Origin: a virus | Taxonomy: Duplodnaviria > Heunggongvirae > Uroviricota > Caudoviricetes | Direction: 5' to 3' (one strand) | IMG/VR virus record: IMGVR_UViG_3300027770_000034 | DNA length: 52,140 nt | In this document: positions 27,330 through 36,609 of the stretch, piece by piece | How positions within the stretch are numbered: position 1 is the first letter of the stretch | Layout: each line of letters begins with the position of its first letter | Notes under the pieces: generated by a model | The model's database searches: none | The model's input: the letters and a program-made list of their open reading frames with translations, nothing else | What the model was told of the DNA's origin: nothing | Made by a program: the position numbers and the translations under genes

Positions 27330-30239
27330 ATGGCATATAACTGTTCAGACTGTAATTCCCTATATACTTGGACTCCTTACGACGACAATTCTTGTTTTAG
27401 GGAAATAGTTACGAATGCGACACCACCGTCATCACCGTTACCCGCGGTTAGAATTAAATATTTGTTATATTCACAATATGGTGCGGTATTTTATAAACCA
27501 GGATTTTCTGTTTGCGGAACGGGTTCAACTTATGGAATTGTAACAACTCCAAATATTTGGGCAAATCCAACCACAGTAACTAACCAAGGTCCTTTAAACA
27601 GAACTGGAATATGGGATACTACAGCATTAAATGCGACACCAATTAACACTTGGTTAGGATTTTCACAATGTTTAACTGGATTTATATCAACAAAAACATA
27701 TTATGTTGGTATCGCTGCAGATAATGAATTCAGACTTGTATTGGACGGTGTTCAAATTTTAAATACTAAAGTACCACCAGCAACTTATTCTTTATCTTTA
27801 AGTGCGTTTACATATTGGCATGTTTATCCTGTTGAAATTGGAGCAGGTAATCATACATTAGAATTATACGGACTGAATGCTCCAGGAGGTAGTACAAACC
27901 CTGCTGGTTTTGGATGTGAGATTTATGATAACACATTATCTCAATTAACTGGTGCAACTTCATTATCGGATTTAAATGTTATTTTTAGTACTAGTGGTGT
28001 TACATCGTTCACGTTAGCACAAGACCTTTCAGGAAATTATATATCATCAGGATATACATGTCCTTCAGGGTATGTTTATTCTACTTGTAGTGGTAATTGT
28101 GTTAGTTATCAATATTGTATTGCTCCAACACCAACTCAAACTGCTTCAAATACGCCAACAGTAACTCCAACAAATACTGTAACACCAACAAATACAGCGA
28201 CACCTACGGTTACACCAACTAATACTGCAACACCGACATTCACACCAACTAATACTAAAACTCCAACACCAACTCCATCTACAACTACTATTGTTTATGG
28301 TAGCGGTAGAACAACAGGTACTTATTATTATACAAATAGCTGCGGTGATTTAATTCAAGGTAATTCAGTTGGTGAGATAGTTAATTTAAACTATTTTTTA
28401 CCATTTTTTGGTATTGAAAAATTATATGTTGCGGTAATACCTAATTGTATTACACCTACTCCAACACAAACACAAACATATACACCAACAAATACAATAA
28501 CGCCAAGCATAACTGCATCGCCAACTTATACTCCAACAATAACACCATCAACAACGGTAACACCATCAAAAAGTGGTGTATTTAGACTAAAAAATAACTG
28601 TGATGTTTTCACATTATTTGATTTAGGGGTAAGTTGTAATGTGATTGCTTATCCATCTTCATCAACATCAAATGATGGAATTTTATCTTTAAATGTGACT
28701 GGAGGGACTAGTCCTTATTCTTTTTATTGGGCAAATGGACAAAGAACACAAACTTTAGCACAAGTAGGTGCTGGAATATATGAGTGTACGGTTATTGATT
28801 ATTATGGTGATTATTCATCTACAACAGTATGTTCATTATTAGCTCCAACAGCAACGCCAACACCTTCTGTTACTACAACACCAACGGTAACTCCATCGGG
28901 TACTTGTCCAAAACTATGTTTCATTGCAATAGGTACTTCAACAGCTTATGGCCCATGGCAATTTACATGTAATGGAATGTTTAACGGAAAAACTACATGG
29001 AATTATAATAGCTATAATATTGTATGGACAGGTGTTAGATGGGAAATTGTCGGTTCTGATATGACAACACCATTTGTTGCGGTTAATGGAGGTATATTTG
29101 CAAGTAATTCAACATCATCTATACCATCAAATGGTTGGGCTTCTGTTGGAGGTACTTATGCGTTTAGTGTGACTATGACTGAAGGAAATTGTCCTGCAAC
29201 AATACCAATCCAAACAAAAGTTACTTTTGAAAATAGTACATGTGACGGAATTAAAAATTGTGACGGAACAATAACCATATCTGCATCATACGGAACGCCA
29301 CCATATCAATATTCAATTAATAACGGTTTAACATATCAAAGTAATGGTTTGTTCTTTGGATTATGTCCAAACACATATACAATTATTACGAGAGATTCTT
29401 TAAATAATAGTGTAAACAATAGTGTTACGGTTGGTTATAATCAGGCACTCACAACTTACCAATTATCAGTTAAACAATTAGCAAATGCAACAGTAACTGT
29501 TTCTGGACCAAATTTTAATACGACAACAACCTATTTAGAAATCATAACGAATCCACCATTACCTACAGGAGTCACTCTTGAATTTGATTTAAACTTCACT
29601 TCAATAAAGACAACCAACGGACCAGGATTTGGAACAATTAATGATAACATTTCAGTATCTCAAAACGAAAATTTAATCTCACCAACAACTCAACAATCAC
29701 CAGTCACTCAAATAAATTCAAGACCTAATTGCAGTCCTGAAACTCAAGAAGTTAAGACAGAAACCGAAAGTTATAGTTGTGTATTGAGTAAAACTTCAAC
29801 TGTTACTTTTATCACTCAGTCAGCGTTGGAAATTACAAACGGACAAATTGCAACAAACAGTTGTGTAACTAATTTGACTCAAACAATATATGCGGGAATT
29901 TCTTCTCAAGTAATTAAGGGATGTACTTGTTGTAATGTTGTTGCGGATACAAATTTATTACCAACAGTAAGTAATGATGTCAGTTATCAAAGTAATGCTA
30001 CTCCAATATCAACATCTTATTTTACGGCAGATATCTATGATAGTAATTGTCTTAATATTGGAAGCACAATAGTAGGTGTAAATTCTTCAGAGGTAATTGT
30101 CGGTTATTATTATCCTGTTAGTGGTTTATCTGGACCTGTTATACAAATAACTGGTTTGACAAATGAATTTCCAACTTATTTTGTAACAATAAATTCAATA
30201 GGATATTTTAGTTGTGGTGAAATACAATCACAAACATAA
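27330..30239 (+). CDS. Putative virion adhesin: PA14-like domain, Thr-Pro linkers, two SprB-like repeats
   Basis: YYVGIAADNEFRLVLDG..GNHTLELYG; DGILSLNVTGGTSPYSFYWANG..GAGIYECTVID; DGTITISASYGTPPYQYSINNG..LCPNTYTIITRD. Confidence 0.75.
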   Translation: MAYNCSDCNSLYTWTPYDDNSCFREIVTNATPPSSPLPAVRIKYLLYSQYGAVFYKPGFSVCGTGSTYGIVTTPNIWANPTTVTNQGPLNRTGIWDTTALNATPINTWLGFSQCLTGFISTKTYYVGIAADNEFRLVLDGVQILNTKVPPATYSLSLSAFTYWHVYPVEIGAGNHTLELYGLNAPGGSTNPAGFGCEIYDNTLSQLTGATSLSDLNVIFSTSGVTSFTLAQDLSGNYISSGYTCPSGYVYSTCSGNCVSYQYCIAPTPTQTASNTPTVTPTNTVTPTNTATPTVTPTNTATPTFTPTNTKTPTPTPSTTTIVYGSGRTTGTYYYTNSCGDLIQGNSVGEIVNLNYFLPFFGIEKLYVAVIPNCITPTPTQTQTYTPTNTITPSITASPTYTPTITPSTTVTPSKSGVFRLKNNCDVFTLFDLGVSCNVIAYPSSSTSNDGILSLNVTGGTSPYSFYWANGQRTQTLAQVGAGIYECTVIDYYGDYSSTTVCSLLAPTATPTPSVTTTPTVTPSGTCPKLCFIAIGTSTAYGPWQFTCNGMFNGKTTWNYNSYNIVWTGVRWEIVGSDMTTPFVAVNGGIFASNSTSSIPSNGWASVGGTYAFSVTMTEGNCPATIPIQTKVTFENSTCDGIKNCDGTITISASYGTPPYQYSINNGLTYQSNGLFFGLCPNTYTIITRDSLNNSVNNSVTVGYNQALTTYQLSVKQLANATVTVSGPNFNTTTTYLEIITNPPLPTGVTLEFDLNFTSIKTTNGPGFGTINDNISVSQNENLISPTTQQSPVTQINSRPNCSPETQEVKTETESYSCVLSKTSTVTFITQSALEITNGQIATNSCVTNLTQTIYAGISSQVIKGCTCCNVVADTNLLPTVSNDVSYQSNATPISTSYFTADIYDSNCLNIGSTIVGVNSSEVIVGYYYPVSGLSGPVIQITGLTNEFPTYFVTINSIGYFSCGEIQSQT

Positions 30240-30276
30240 GAGCAAATAAAATATGAAAAAGAATATTTATCAATAG

Positions 30277-32466
30277 ATGGCATATATAATAAAAAATACT
30301 GCAGGATTAATTAACACAAGAGTTACGGATGTTGGAAGAAGATACATCTCTCAAGGTAACTTTAACATTTCTTATTTTCAAATAGGAGACAGTGAGGTTA
30401 ATTACACCGCAGTTCCGAATTACAATCAAGTAAATAATAATATTTTGATGCCAGCGTTTAACGCTCAAAATGATACAGGTTCTCCTCAGTCAAACAAACA
30501 AAACGTAAAGTATCCATATTATGTTCAAGGAAATGCAGGAAATACTTTTGGTATTCCTTATATGGATAGTGTGGTTCAAGAGGTTTATAACTCAGCAGGT
30601 CCAAAAGGATTTTTTACTACAGGTAGCACACAAATTCAAACTGGTTCAGCCTATACTGTAACATCTAATTATTGGTTAGATATGTCAACAGTTAGTGGTA
30701 CAACATCAATAACTGTTGATTATGACAGTAATGTTTGTTGTACAGGATGTACAACAGGGACACCACAAGTTAATAATTTTATCACAATTGTATTTGGAAA
30801 TGGGGGGTGTGGTACATTTGGTTCAAATGAAATTTTAACTTATAAGATTCAATCCATGACTCCTACAACAGGAACCACTGGCACCACTTTCACATTGAAT
30901 CTTGATAGGGCAACTCCTACATACGTTGGGATTCCACCAGAAACTAGAGCTCGATGTTATATCTACCCATCAGGAATGACTCAGTTGTATGATACTATTA
31001 CACCAGCCCCTTATTGGCAAACAGATACACTCAATTTTGAATCTCCTTGTGATGTATCAAATAGAGAGAATACTGTTATTTGGAATATGAATATTCCATG
31101 GTCAGAAAATCCTGCGGGACTTTTGACAAGTACAAATGAGGGATATGAAAATTTTGGTTCGGTAACATATATTGGAACAAAGGAATATCTTGGATACCAA
31201 GAGCCGAGTGGACAAACCGATACAGGACAAGTGTATTATTATAACTCTTTTGATAATAAGATTACAGTAAGACCACAAGACCAAAAAGCAATTGCAATTA
31301 TTCACTATACTAACCAAGACATTGATAATGTTTATGGAGAGAAGTTTTCAACAGTTCCGTTTGACCCACAAAATCCAACGGATGATATTGGATTGGCAAG
31401 ACACTTCAGACTTAACTTACCAACTTTAATGTGGCACAAAAAGACTGGAGATACGATAGGACAAACGTTTTTTATTGACCCTCCAGGATATGATTTATGT
31501 AAACCATATTATATTAAGTCTACGGAGAGTTCAGACATGAATGACCCAGGTATTAGATACTATCAATTATGGGATACTAATCCTGATAATTTCGGTAATC
31601 TAAATAGAATTGGTAAAGTATTTCCTGACCAAGAAATTATTATTATTGATGATGAGGAAGTCATTGCTGCTATGTCATATAAGGCAAATAGAAACTGGAC
31701 ATTACCAGCACCAAAACTTTCTTTAGTTACCCCTAACATTTGTGAACCAAATGCGTCAACTCAAGAAGGTGTTATAACTGACCCAACTCAAAGACTTTGG
31801 GTTACTTATAGATTTGATACTAACACAGGTGCAACATCTTCATTACATTGTAACTATTATAGTGTGATTCAAGGTACATCTACAGTAACCGCTAACACTC
31901 AAAACGTGGCAGTTAGATTTAGTAATGAGTTTCCATTTTTAAATTCAAGTCTTTCAGGGTTCTCAGCAAATAACATGAAATTACTTTGTCAAATTGTTAC
32001 AGGTGATACAAGACCACTTTCTTCAGCGTGGAGAGAAATTGATGTTACCTCAGCGATGACTTTGACAAATGGTTATATTACAATGACAGGTATTACAGGA
32101 ACTACATTCCAAATTGATGCTGACAACTATAACGCCGCGGCTTCTAACATTTATAACTTAGCAAATTATATTGATATCCCTGCAAACGGAGATACTGACG
32201 TATTAAACTTTGGTGATGAATATTACTTCTACGGTAACTTAGAGACAGACATTTCGGCAACAATTTATGAAATGAAATATCTAATCAACTTAGGTAGAAA
32301 TCAGTTTACCAATACGTCAAATCCAACTTGGACATCAGGAACAACATCCTATGTTACAGAAATTGGCCTTTACAATACCAACAAAGACCTTATGGTTATA
32401 TCTAAACTACAATCTCCCGAACTTAGACAGGGTATACAGCAACTTGTAGTTAAATTAGATTTCTAA
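30277..32466 (+). CDS. Putative baseplate/tail-collar fibre-anchoring structural protein
   Basis: N-terminal TDVGRRYI..ISYFQIGDSE and C-terminal YVTEIGLYN..LMVISKL..P..VVKLDF resemble the two ends of phage tail-collar (DUF3751-like) domains. TATTTAT lies at 30264-30270. Confidence 0.55.
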   Translation: MAYIIKNTAGLINTRVTDVGRRYISQGNFNISYFQIGDSEVNYTAVPNYNQVNNNILMPAFNAQNDTGSPQSNKQNVKYPYYVQGNAGNTFGIPYMDSVVQEVYNSAGPKGFFTTGSTQIQTGSAYTVTSNYWLDMSTVSGTTSITVDYDSNVCCTGCTTGTPQVNNFITIVFGNGGCGTFGSNEILTYKIQSMTPTTGTTGTTFTLNLDRATPTYVGIPPETRARCYIYPSGMTQLYDTITPAPYWQTDTLNFESPCDVSNRENTVIWNMNIPWSENPAGLLTSTNEGYENFGSVTYIGTKEYLGYQEPSGQTDTGQVYYYNSFDNKITVRPQDQKAIAIIHYTNQDIDNVYGEKFSTVPFDPQNPTDDIGLARHFRLNLPTLMWHKKTGDTIGQTFFIDPPGYDLCKPYYIKSTESSDMNDPGIRYYQLWDTNPDNFGNLNRIGKVFPDQEIIIIDDEEVIAAMSYKANRNWTLPAPKLSLVTPNICEPNASTQEGVITDPTQRLWVTYRFDTNTGATSSLHCNYYSVIQGTSTVTANTQNVAVRFSNEFPFLNSSLSGFSANNMKLLCQIVTGDTRPLSSAWREIDVTSAMTLTNGYITMTGITGTTFQIDADNYNAAASNIYNLANYIDIPANGDTDVLNFGDEYYFYGNLETDISATIYEMKYLINLGRNQFTNTSNPTWTSGTTSYVTEIGLYNTNKDLMVISKLQSPELRQGIQQLVVKLDF

Positions 32467-32467
32467 T

Positions 32468-33070
32468 ATGGTAAAAACAATTGGTAAAGATTCACCTAAA
32501 ATTTTGGGTCTAGACGTGTCAACCAAGACTATTGGTTGGGCATTATTTGATATTGAAAGTAAGAATTTATTGGAATTAACTCACATTTCACCAATTCCAA
32601 AACCTAAAACAGACAGTAAAATTGAAGAGTTACTTCTCAAAGGTCAAATCTTTAGAAAAAAACTATTAGATTATGCCGACATGGGTATCAAACACGTTGT
32701 TATTGAAGAGCCATTATTGAACTCAAATAACGTTTATACTGTTAGCACCCTAATGAGATTCAACACCCTTGTATGTAAAGAAGTTTACGACATCTTAGGA
32801 GTTGTTCCTGAATTCATATCAACATACAATTCAAGAAAATGCGCATTCCCTCATCTTGTTCAACCAAACGATAAGAGCAAATATGTTCTATTTGGTGGAT
32901 TTCCAAAAGACATAGATAAGAAAGTTATTATATGGGAACTTGTTGCAAAAAGAGAACCACAGATTACGTGGCAGTACACCAAAAACAATACCCTTAAAAA
33001 GGAAAACTACGACCAAACCGACGCTTACTGTGCGGCTTTGGGTTTCATGAAATTAAAAGAAATTTGGTAA
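32468..33070 (+). CDS. RuvC-like Holliday junction resolvase
   Basis: ILGLDVSTKTIGWALFD, VVIEE and DQTDAYC provide the RNase H-fold acidic residues. Confidence 0.75.
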   Translation: MVKTIGKDSPKILGLDVSTKTIGWALFDIESKNLLELTHISPIPKPKTDSKIEELLLKGQIFRKKLLDYADMGIKHVVIEEPLLNSNNVYTVSTLMRFNTLVCKEVYDILGVVPEFISTYNSRKCAFPHLVQPNDKSKYVLFGGFPKDIDKKVIIWELVAKREPQITWQYTKNNTLKKENYDQTDAYCAALGFMKLKEIW

Positions 33071-33094
33071 TCTAAAAGTAATTACTTATCTTTG
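33063..33094 (+). promoter_or_regulatory. Bacteroidota-type housekeeping promoter
   Basis: TTTG(33063-66)-20 nt-TATCTTTG(33087-94). Confidence 0.7.
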
Positions 33095-33100
33095 TTCTAT

Positions 33101-33460
33101 ATGGGAAGATATGTAATTGAAACTGAAGAATCTAAAGGAATTAAGAAGTCACTCCAAAAGTGGGGTGAAATACCTATTTCCAATGAACACTTAGAGGGAG
33201 TTATTAAAATTAAAAATTACAGAAAATATACTTGGGCTGAAGAAGTTGACGTTACATTTAGTGGAAAAATCTTTGTTCGTATAGGTATTGCAAATAGAGC
33301 GTGGCACACAACAACAGTATTAAAAAAACACAAAATTTCAAACGTTAAACTTAACAGATTTTTAAGAAAATCTTCTTTATTTACGGTTAAAATTAGAATG
33401 AATTATTTTGGTGTTTACATTAATGAATATTACCACATAAAAAAAATTAAATGGGAATAA
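33101..33460 (+). CDS. Hypothetical basic protein
   Basis: The ATG at 33101, downstream of the promoter, is preferred to the TTG at 33092. Confidence 0.6.
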   Translation: MGRYVIETEESKGIKKSLQKWGEIPISNEHLEGVIKIKNYRKYTWAEEVDVTFSGKIFVRIGIANRAWHTTTVLKKHKISNVKLNRFLRKSSLFTVKIRMNYFGVYINEYYHIKKIKWE

Positions 33461-33461
33461 T

Positions 33462-33650
33462 ATGATTATAATTGCTTACTTATGGATTATCTCAATCGTT
33501 TTTATGGCAACTTTTATAATTGTTGCGATGATTGTTGAAAAGAACTTTGACGAGTCACATCCAATTAAAAAATGGTGGAGAAGAAACATAATTGATAATG
33601 ACCCCGAGGATGCCAAATACAAGTCACTTCAAGATGACATTCAAGAATAA
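33462..33650 (+). CDS. Small membrane protein
   Basis: Hydrophobic N-terminal segment, 62 aa, 1-nt spacing from the upstream gene. Confidence 0.6.
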   Translation: MIIIAYLWIISIVFMATFIIVAMIVEKNFDESHPIKKWWRRNIIDNDPEDAKYKSLQDDIQE

Positions 33651-33667
33651 TTTGTTATATTTGTAAT

Positions 33668-34582
33668 ATGACAGATGAAGTTGAAGTATTGGTTGAATTG
33701 TTGTCTGATGTATTGGGTAATCCAAAACAACATTACGAATCAAAGGGTCAAATATCCTTTGACTGTCCTGTTTGTGCTGAAGAAAAGGGATTAGATAATG
33801 GTGATGGTAAGGGTAACCTTGAGATTAACTACATCAGACACGTATACAAGTGTTGGGCTTGTGGTGAAACTTATGGAACACACGGACCATTGGGTAAGTT
33901 GTTTGATGGGTATGCAACCAAGGCACAGAAGAAGGTATATAACCTAATTAAACCCGAAGAATTCAAACAAGAGGATAAGAAGAAGGTTAGACTAAGACTA
34001 CCTGAAGGATTTACAACCTTTAAAGACTCTAACCCAAGATTCATTCCACATATTGAAGCCTACAAGTATCTACAATCCAGAGGTATCACAGACGACATTA
34101 TAGACCGATATAAGATAGGTTACACCGCAACAGGTGATTATGCCTACCGAATCGTTGTCCCGTCTTATAACACCGAAAACACCCTAAATTACTTCGTTGC
34201 AAGGGCTTGGATACCCAAAAAGATGAAATATAAGAACCCTCCAGTACCTAAAGATGAAATTATTTTCAATGAAGGTGCCGTAGATTGGAAAAAAGATGTA
34301 TATTTGTGCGAGGGAGTATTTGATTCGTTCTTTCTACCTAACCCAATTGTGATGTTAGGAAAGAAAATGAGTAAACTACTTTTTGAGACCTTATATTTGA
34401 AAGCGGAAGGAAACATCATAATTTGTACCGATGGAGATGCCTTTACAGATGGGGTTAAATTGTATCACGAACTAAATGGTGGAAAATTATATAACAAGAT
34501 AAAACTGATTAAGTTACCAGATGACAAAGATGTCTGTGATTTAAGGGGACAAATTGAAGAGTATTATTATGAAATTAAGTAA
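33668..34582 (+). CDS. Phage DnaG-like DNA primase
   Basis: Zn-finger CPVC..CWAC, then YRIVVP..YFVAR..KYKNP and TOPRIM motifs VYLCEGVFD and ICTDGDA. Confidence 0.85.
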   Translation: MTDEVEVLVELLSDVLGNPKQHYESKGQISFDCPVCAEEKGLDNGDGKGNLEINYIRHVYKCWACGETYGTHGPLGKLFDGYATKAQKKVYNLIKPEEFKQEDKKKVRLRLPEGFTTFKDSNPRFIPHIEAYKYLQSRGITDDIIDRYKIGYTATGDYAYRIVVPSYNTENTLNYFVARAWIPKKMKYKNPPVPKDEIIFNEGAVDWKKDVYLCEGVFDSFFLPNPIVMLGKKMSKLLFETLYLKAEGNIIICTDGDAFTDGVKLYHELNGGKLYNKIKLIKLPDDKDVCDLRGQIEEYYYEIK

Positions 34583-35405
34583 TATCGCACAAGAAATCAG
34601 AGAGTTAATTAAAGTTAGACAAGAAGCACTTGGATTAACCTTTGAAGAAGACAAACACATCTACACAATGAACGGAAGGAAAGATTATCCTTCAGTATCT
34701 AAAGTATTAAAAAAGTTCTACAAAGCATTCCCAACAGAAGAAGCTGCATATAATAAAGCTGGTGGTGACCCTCAAAAACAACAACAGTTGATTGAAGAGT
34801 GGGCTGCCGCTGGTGACTATTCTACAAACTTAGGTAGTAGAGTTCACTATATGTTGGAAAAAACTCTTATTGAAAAAAATGGTGATTATAAAGAAGTAAG
34901 ACAACCAGTTTTTGACTGCGACCTTACTCAACTTATTAAGAGTGATAATATGATTTTCGCTGGCAAAAGATACCTTGAGTTGATGGAATCAAGAAAGGTT
35001 GAGTTACTTGACACGGAGATGATATTGGGTGACCCTGAGTTAGGATATACAGGTCAACCAGATAAGGTTTGGTTAACCTATAACAAAACAGGTGATGATT
35101 TTGGATTGTTGATTACGGATTGGAAAACAAACAAACCTAAAAACTTTGAAGAAAATAGATTCACAGAAAGAATGTATTCTCCGTTTGAATCATATCCTAA
35201 CAATGCTTTAGGTCACTATTTCCTTCAGTTGCCACTATATGGTAAGTTATTGATTCAGATGTTGAAAGGAACCAAATACGAGAACATTAAACTTTATGGT
35301 TGTATTATTTCACACTTGAAAGAAGATACATTCTTTGATGAGTATAGAGTACCAAAAGATGTTATAGACACAGTATTAGAAATGGATATGAAAAAATATC
35401 TATAA
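34569..35405 (+). CDS. PD-(D/E)XK exonuclease
   Basis: YPSVSKVL, GSRVHYMLE, GQPDKV..ITDWKTNK, YFLQLPLY. ATG at 34569. Confidence 0.75.
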   Translation: MKLSNIAQEIRELIKVRQEALGLTFEEDKHIYTMNGRKDYPSVSKVLKKFYKAFPTEEAAYNKAGGDPQKQQQLIEEWAAAGDYSTNLGSRVHYMLEKTLIEKNGDYKEVRQPVFDCDLTQLIKSDNMIFAGKRYLELMESRKVELLDTEMILGDPELGYTGQPDKVWLTYNKTGDDFGLLITDWKTNKPKNFEENRFTERMYSPFESYPNNALGHYFLQLPLYGKLLIQMLKGTKYENIKLYGCIISHLKEDTFFDEYRVPKDVIDTVLEMDMKKYL

Positions 35406-35457
35406 ACTTGAACACACGAAATAATTTTCTTATATTTCAGATTATAAAATAAAAATT

Positions 35458-35697
35458 ATGCAAGAATTACAAAGACCAAGAGTTGACCTTAGGACTTGTC
35501 CTACAATTAAATGTGAAAAATGCGATTCAATCTATTTCAGAGAAGTAACTTATTTGAAATCAGTATCAGCGTTTATGACAGGTTCACCAGAGGACACAAC
35601 AGTTCCTCTTCCAATTTATAAATGTGACGAATGTGGTCACGTTAATTCAGGATTCAACCCATTTGAAGAACAAAAAGTGGTAGTTGATGGACAATAA
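35458..35697 (+). CDS. Small Zn-ribbon protein
   Basis: CEKC...CDECGH. Confidence 0.7.
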   Translation: MQELQRPRVDLRTCPTIKCEKCDSIYFREVTYLKSVSAFMTGSPEDTTVPLPIYKCDECGHVNSGFNPFEEQKVVVDGQ

Positions 35698-35836
35698 ATT
35701 CATAAAATTTTGGAAAAAATTTGGACCTTTCTTTTTGTTTGGTACAGGTATTACTCAATTTATCATATTTGAGAATTGGGGAGTAGGTTCCTTATTTATC
35801 GGGTTAGGATTAATGTTAATGACAGACAATGATTAA
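35687..35836 (+). CDS. Small two-TM membrane protein (49 aa), absent from the ORF track
   Basis: MDNKFIKFWKKFGPFFLFGTGITQFIIFENWGVGSLFIGLGLMLMTDND*. It overlaps both neighbours by a few bases, as in coupled genes. Confidence 0.55.
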   Translation: MDNKFIKFWKKFGPFFLFGTGITQFIIFENWGVGSLFIGLGLMLMTDND

Positions 35837-36608
35837 AAGACTAGTACATTTTTCTGATTTACATATCAGACTATTCAAGGACCATGACTTATATCGTGGA
35901 ATCCTTGAATCTGCATTAAAGGAATGGAGTACCTTACAACCTGATAGAATTGTATTCACAGGTGATTTGGTTCATTCCAAAAATCAAATGACTCCTGAGC
36001 TTATTGAATTTGTTGCTTGGGTGTTAAGTGAGTGTGCAAAGATTGCAAAGACCATTGTTATTATTGGTAACCATGACTTCTTGGAAAACAATACATCAAG
36101 ATTGGATGCATTAACTCCAATCATTGATTCATTGAACAATGAAAACATAGTTTACCTTAAAGACAGGGGTGTATATGAGGACGATAATATCAATTGGTGT
36201 GTGTATTCATTATATGAACACAACATTCCTCCTGATATTCAAAAGTCAAAAAATAAAAACATAGGTTTGTTCCATGGGCCAATCCAAGGACTTTATACTG
36301 ATATAGGGTATAAGTTTGAAGATGGATTTGATGTGAGCAAATTTAAAGGTTGTGACATCGTATTGTGTGGAGATATCCATAAGAGACAGGTATTTGACAT
36401 CCCTGGAAGTAAGAAGGCGTATATGATTGGTTCAACCATCCAACAAAACTTTGGAGAAACAATTAGAAAACACGGTTATGGCGTATATGAAATTGAAAAA
36501 GACGAATATTCTTTTGTGGATTTACCTAATCCTAAACCTTTCCTTTCTTTTTACATTAATTCGTTTGATGTATTGAGTGAAGGAACCGAGAAGCTTGTTA
36601 ATTATTAA
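35829..36608 (+). CDS. gp47/SbcD/Mre11-like metallophosphoesterase nuclease (short, 259 aa)
   Basis: HFSDLH, FTGDLVH, IGNHD, GLFHG, LCGDIHKRQ, GSTIQQNFGE. Confidence 0.85.
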   Translation: MIKRLVHFSDLHIRLFKDHDLYRGILESALKEWSTLQPDRIVFTGDLVHSKNQMTPELIEFVAWVLSECAKIAKTIVIIGNHDFLENNTSRLDALTPIIDSLNNENIVYLKDRGVYEDDNINWCVYSLYEHNIPPDIQKSKNKNIGLFHGPIQGLYTDIGYKFEDGFDVSKFKGCDIVLCGDIHKRQVFDIPGSKKAYMIGSTIQQNFGETIRKHGYGVYEIEKDEYSFVDLPNPKPFLSFYINSFDVLSEGTEKLVNY

Positions 36609-36609
36609 C

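Noticed and set aside
1-32466. Giant eukaryotic virus origin (collagen-like proteins, sugar pathway)
   Set aside because: The sigma70 factor, peptidoglycan amidase, DnaG-like primase, bacterial promoters and coupled operons indicate a bacteriophage.
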